A stretch of DNA of 18,629 nt from Chloroflexota bacterium (GTDB taxonomy: Bacteria > Chloroflexota > Dehalococcoidia > Lucifugimonadales > JADFKI01), in assembly GCA_027623195.1 (NCBI GenBank), contig JAQBUT010000039.1:1-18629 (forward strand), given 5' to 3'. Shown here piece by piece: positions 15,984-18,629 of this stretch; position 1 is the first letter of the stretch, and every line of letters starts with the position of its first letter. The position numbers and the translations under genes were made by a program. The notes beneath the pieces are model-generated. The model worked only from the letters and a program-made list of their open reading frames with translations. It ran no database searches and was not told the origin of the DNA.

Positions 15984-16028
15984 GTAAAGCTAGCAGACGC
16001 TTTACACCTTCTGTCGATACCATAGATT
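15984..16028 (+). promoter_or_regulatory. Promoter candidate for the PAS gene with an inverted repeat over the -35
   Basis: TTTACA (16001-16006), 16 nt, TAGATT (16023-16028). Inverted repeat GTAAAGC-N8-GCTTTAC at 15984-16005. Confidence 0.4.
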
Positions 16029-16105
16029 CAGGTTGGAAATGGAAGCGAATGGTCTGAGGTTCGACCTGTTATTCGACCAAAGAAGCCTTTGAGTGAAGGA
16101 ATGCG

Positions 16106-16711
16106 ATGCCAAAATCGGCAGCCGTGAATGACAAGCAGGTAAACACTCCTCCGCAATCATCGGAGCAGGTGGCTATGGTGCAACGCCTGTTTGAAGGCTC
16201 CACCGACGCTGTGCAGGTCGATGGGATGGACGGTCGAGTGGTTTATGCAAACGGTGCTTGGCTAAGCCTGTTTCGCGTAGACGCTGATGAGGCGCTTGGG
16301 GCCAAGTGGTCTGGAATGGTGAAGGACCGACTTTGCAAGCCAGCGGCACTTAGTAGCTCCTGGTCGCGCTGCAAAAAGGGGAACCGGGCGAAGGGCGTGG
16401 TAGCTCTTAAAATGGATGGTGGCGGTCAGCAACAGGTCTCGTACACCCGTGCCCCTATGTGGCAGGATGATGGAGAGGTATGGGGTGTGCTCAGCATATT
16501 CAGGCTGGAAGGCCTTCAGCCCGGGAATCAGGAACTCGCCGACGCAACCCATGATCTCACGAACGTCTTCACGGCGATAATGGCTGGGGCGCAGCTAATC
16601 GAGAGGCAAAACAGTGACACTCCTGGCCTGGTGGCCAAATCAGACCTGATTAATAGGTCTGCCCAGCGTGGACTACAGCTTCTCAAGAAGTTTGGGCCCG
16701 GGGTCGCCTAG
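16106..16711 (+). CDS. PAS domain + HisKA/DHp helix pair, no HATPase domain
   Basis: PAS (LFEGSTDAVQVDGMDGRVVYANGAW..LF...EALG) and PAC (P...DDGEVWGVLSIFR). H-box ATHDLTNVFTAIMAGAQLI, then the second DHp helix INRSAQRGLQLLKKF and the stop. Confidence 0.85.
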   Translation: MPKSAAVNDKQVNTPPQSSEQVAMVQRLFEGSTDAVQVDGMDGRVVYANGAWLSLFRVDADEALGAKWSGMVKDRLCKPAALSSSWSRCKKGNRAKGVVALKMDGGGQQQVSYTRAPMWQDDGEVWGVLSIFRLEGLQPGNQELADATHDLTNVFTAIMAGAQLIERQNSDTPGLVAKSDLINRSAQRGLQLLKKFGPGVA

Positions 16712-16759
16712 CTCTTATCCGTGCAACATCCTGACGGGCGTTTTGCCCAATAGAACCAG

Positions 16760-17671
16760 CTAGGCTTCTACTGCGATAGCAAACTTGGCCTTTGGAGCAA
16801 TAATCTCCATGAAAGCGCTCTGAGATGTAGTCATCTTCTTGTCTTTCATGTAGATGAGTTGGAGCTCTATAGAGGCCTCCATCTCGGGGATGTCCAGGAC
16901 CTTCAATAGGTCAGCCTGAATCTCCGCGCCTAGAGACTGGCGTGTCACGAACCCGACGCCTTTGCCCACCATTACGGCCGTCTTGATGGCCTCATAGCTG
17001 CCCAACTCCATTGAAATGCCATCCAATAGGTCGTTGGCCTCGAGGATTTCGTCATTGGCGTGTCTCGCGGCCGAGTCGGCCTCTCTGACTATCAAAGACT
17101 CGCCTGCCAGGTCGGATGGCTGGGTGTGGGCTTTCTTGAACAACTTGTGAGTCCTGCTACATATGGGCACGAGGTTGTCATCTGCCAGATGCTCAGAGAC
17201 CAGCTCTGTGCGGGATGAGACGTGTCCCACAAATCCCATGTCCAGCGTTCTGTCCAGCACAAGCCGTTCAATGCGCTCCTCAGTGTACAGGTTCATCGAA
17301 ACCTCAACGCCAGGGAACTTTTGCTTGAACTTCTCCAGGTCGTTGGGAAGCCTGTACTGCCAGTCCACGGAAGCGCCCAGAAGTAGGCGACCGGTGGACA
17401 TGCCTTTAAGCTCGTCCATTTCGGCCTTGAGCTCATCCGCCACGGAAAACAGTTGTTCAGCCTTCTTATATAAGACCTCGCCCGCCTTGTTTACCACGGA
17501 ACGCCTGCCCACGCGGTAGAAAAGGGGAACGCCCAACTGCTGCTCTAGGGCCTTTATATGGGCTGATATAGCGGGTTGGCTCATGTAGAGGCTGTCACCA
17601 GCCTTTGAGAGTGTGCCTTCGTTTACGACCGTATAAAAGACGGCCAGACGATGTAAATCCAACTCGAACAT
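16760..17671 (-). CDS. LysR-family transcriptional regulator (CysL/CbbR-like)
   Basis: HTH LDLHRLAVF...TLSKAGDSLYMSQPAISAHIKALEQQLG.PLF.R and a substrate domain (GRLLLGAS, LIVREADSAAR, MELGSYEAIK.AV..G.G). Start reassigned to ATG 17671, which has GGAGGA upstream. Confidence 0.95.
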   Translation of the reverse strand: MFELDLHRLAVFYTVVNEGTLSKAGDSLYMSQPAISAHIKALEQQLGVPLFYRVGRRSVVNKAGEVLYKKAEQLFSVADELKAEMDELKGMSTGRLLLGASVDWQYRLPNDLEKFKQKFPGVEVSMNLYTEERIERLVLDRTLDMGFVGHVSSRTELVSEHLADDNLVPICSRTHKLFKKAHTQPSDLAGESLIVREADSAARHANDEILEANDLLDGISMELGSYEAIKTAVMVGKGVGFVTRQSLGAEIQADLLKVLDIPEMEASIELQLIYMKDKKMTTSQSAFMEIIAPKAKFAIAVEA

Positions 17672-17986
17672 AGGGTTGATCCATCCTCCGAATTTATCGG
17701 ACGCACGCGTCTCTCGCTCAGAGGTGGTCCAGGCGTTTGCCAAGAAAATCCCTATCCCTGGGCGAGGATTAGTTTAGAGGCGCTTTCCATTACCATCGAC
17801 GCCCCAAAAAGTGGCTGGTCGGAAGTGCCTTTCTTATGTTTCCAGCCTATCACTGGGGCCGCCATGAATCGCTAATGTATACACCTACCGCAAAGGACTC
17901 AACACGCAATCGCCCTGCGGTTACCCTGTGGACACCTACATCAACAAAAATTAACAGTTGAATAACTTTATCAGAAGGGTTACTTG

Positions 17987-18015
17987 TTGACTCCTCCCAT
18001 TATTGCTGCCATGCT
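17987..18015 (+). promoter_or_regulatory. Promoter candidate for the antiporter-like gene
   Basis: TTGACT (17987-17992), 17 nt, CATGCT (18010-18015), with an extended -10 TG at 18007-18008. Confidence 0.5.
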
Positions 18016-18147
18016 GTGCTAGGGGACGCTACCTATACCTCGTAGGTGTTGGCATCCCCGACGCCTGGGGGCATGCGACCAGTGGACGACCTCCGTTGAT
18101 GCGGAGTTTCGTGGTTGCAATGGTGTGGCGGACGGAGAGCGGGCGTA

Positions 18148-18594
18148 TTGAAGAACTTATCTTTCGACTCCTTCAGCGTGCTATCGATTGCCGTGGTGCT
18201 TACGGTGCCAGGTCTGGCCGTCGGCGTTTTTGGAGGCCTATCCCTGGGGTTAACGGCCGTTACGCTCCTCGCTGCTTTTGCCATGTTTGGTGCGTCGGTA
18301 GTACTGGCTTTGTCTCTGTATCGAATCGACGGTATGCCCAGGGCTGCGGCCTTGCTGCTGGTGGCGTTCGTAGCCGTTCTGCCGGAGTTCTCCTCCGATA
18401 CTTACCACGCCTGGATGGGCGTTAGTGGTATTTCAGCCGATTTTGGCGCCACGTCTCTCTCGGCAATTACAGGCTCCAGCTTCTTCCTCTTGGGTGTCGG
18501 GCTCCCCGCGCTGTATCTGGCCAACAGGCTTCGAACAGGTAGTGTTGTCATTCAGCGAAGTGGGACAGAAAACTTAGTGGAGAGAATCGGCTGA
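18148..18594 (+). CDS. Membrane protein resembling the N-terminal half of a Ca2+/cation (Na_Ca_ex) antiporter
   Basis: About 4-5 hydrophobic segments and an alpha-repeat-like AFVAVLPEFSSDTY.AW...AITGSSFFLLGVG.P. Likely start is TTG 18148 with GGAG at 18134-18137. It stops after 148 aa. Confidence 0.65.
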   Translation: MKNLSFDSFSVLSIAVVLTVPGLAVGVFGGLSLGLTAVTLLAAFAMFGASVVLALSLYRIDGMPRAAALLLVAFVAVLPEFSSDTYHAWMGVSGISADFGATSLSAITGSSFFLLGVGLPALYLANRLRTGSVVIQRSGTENLVERIG

Positions 18595-18629
18595 ATTGGC
18601 GAGCTCTCTGATCTGTTGATTGTATAGTT

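Noticed and set aside
17672..17743. 24-aa N-terminal extension of LysR from TTG 17743
   Set aside because: The HTH begins right after ATG 17671, which has a GGAGGA RBS.
18115..18131. Fluoride riboswitch-like GCAATGGTGT
   Set aside because: The pairing partner and the downstream CTGATG..CCT element are absent.
18003..18425. 140-aa Arg/Cys-rich ORF and the 18033-18284 antisense ORF
   Set aside because: They are alternative frames over the leader and membrane-protein gene, with implausible composition.
1..18629. CRISPR array, IS/integrase, prophage, rRNA/tRNA
   Set aside because: I found no regularly spaced repeats, no transposase, integrase or phage motifs, and no RNA-gene signatures.

Overview
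An 18.6 kb, gene-dense bacterial chromosomal segment. By inference from protein style and gene order it is probably Chloroflexota (Dehalococcoidia/SAR202-like). Housekeeping genes are lysS, greA, rsmD-coaD plus a SepIVA/DivIVA-like coiled-coil gene, and rsgA. Accessory genes are a secreted two-repeat protein, a stand-alone cNMP-binding-fold protein, a collagen-like lipoprotein, three small hypotheticals, a Cys-rich PadR regulator upstream of arsenite methyltransferase arsM, a CehA/McbA-type PHP metallohydrolase, a SigB/SigF-type sigma factor split by a -1 frame change, a DUF1445+DUF4392 pair (the two domains of D-glutamate cyclase), a PAS-HisKA protein with no ATPase domain, a LysR regulator and a half-size Ca2+/cation antiporter-like gene. 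I see no tRNA, rRNA, CRISPR array or mobile element. The best leads are: (i) a putative PadR-type arsenic sensor with a visible promoter and operator driving arsM; (ii) the split sigma factor; (iii) a GreA lacking the catalytic Asp41 equivalent, behind an attenuator-like leader; (iv) several stripped-down signalling proteins; and (v) structured 5' leaders that could be unrecognised cis-regulatory RNAs. All family calls come from motif recognition by eye, not database searches.
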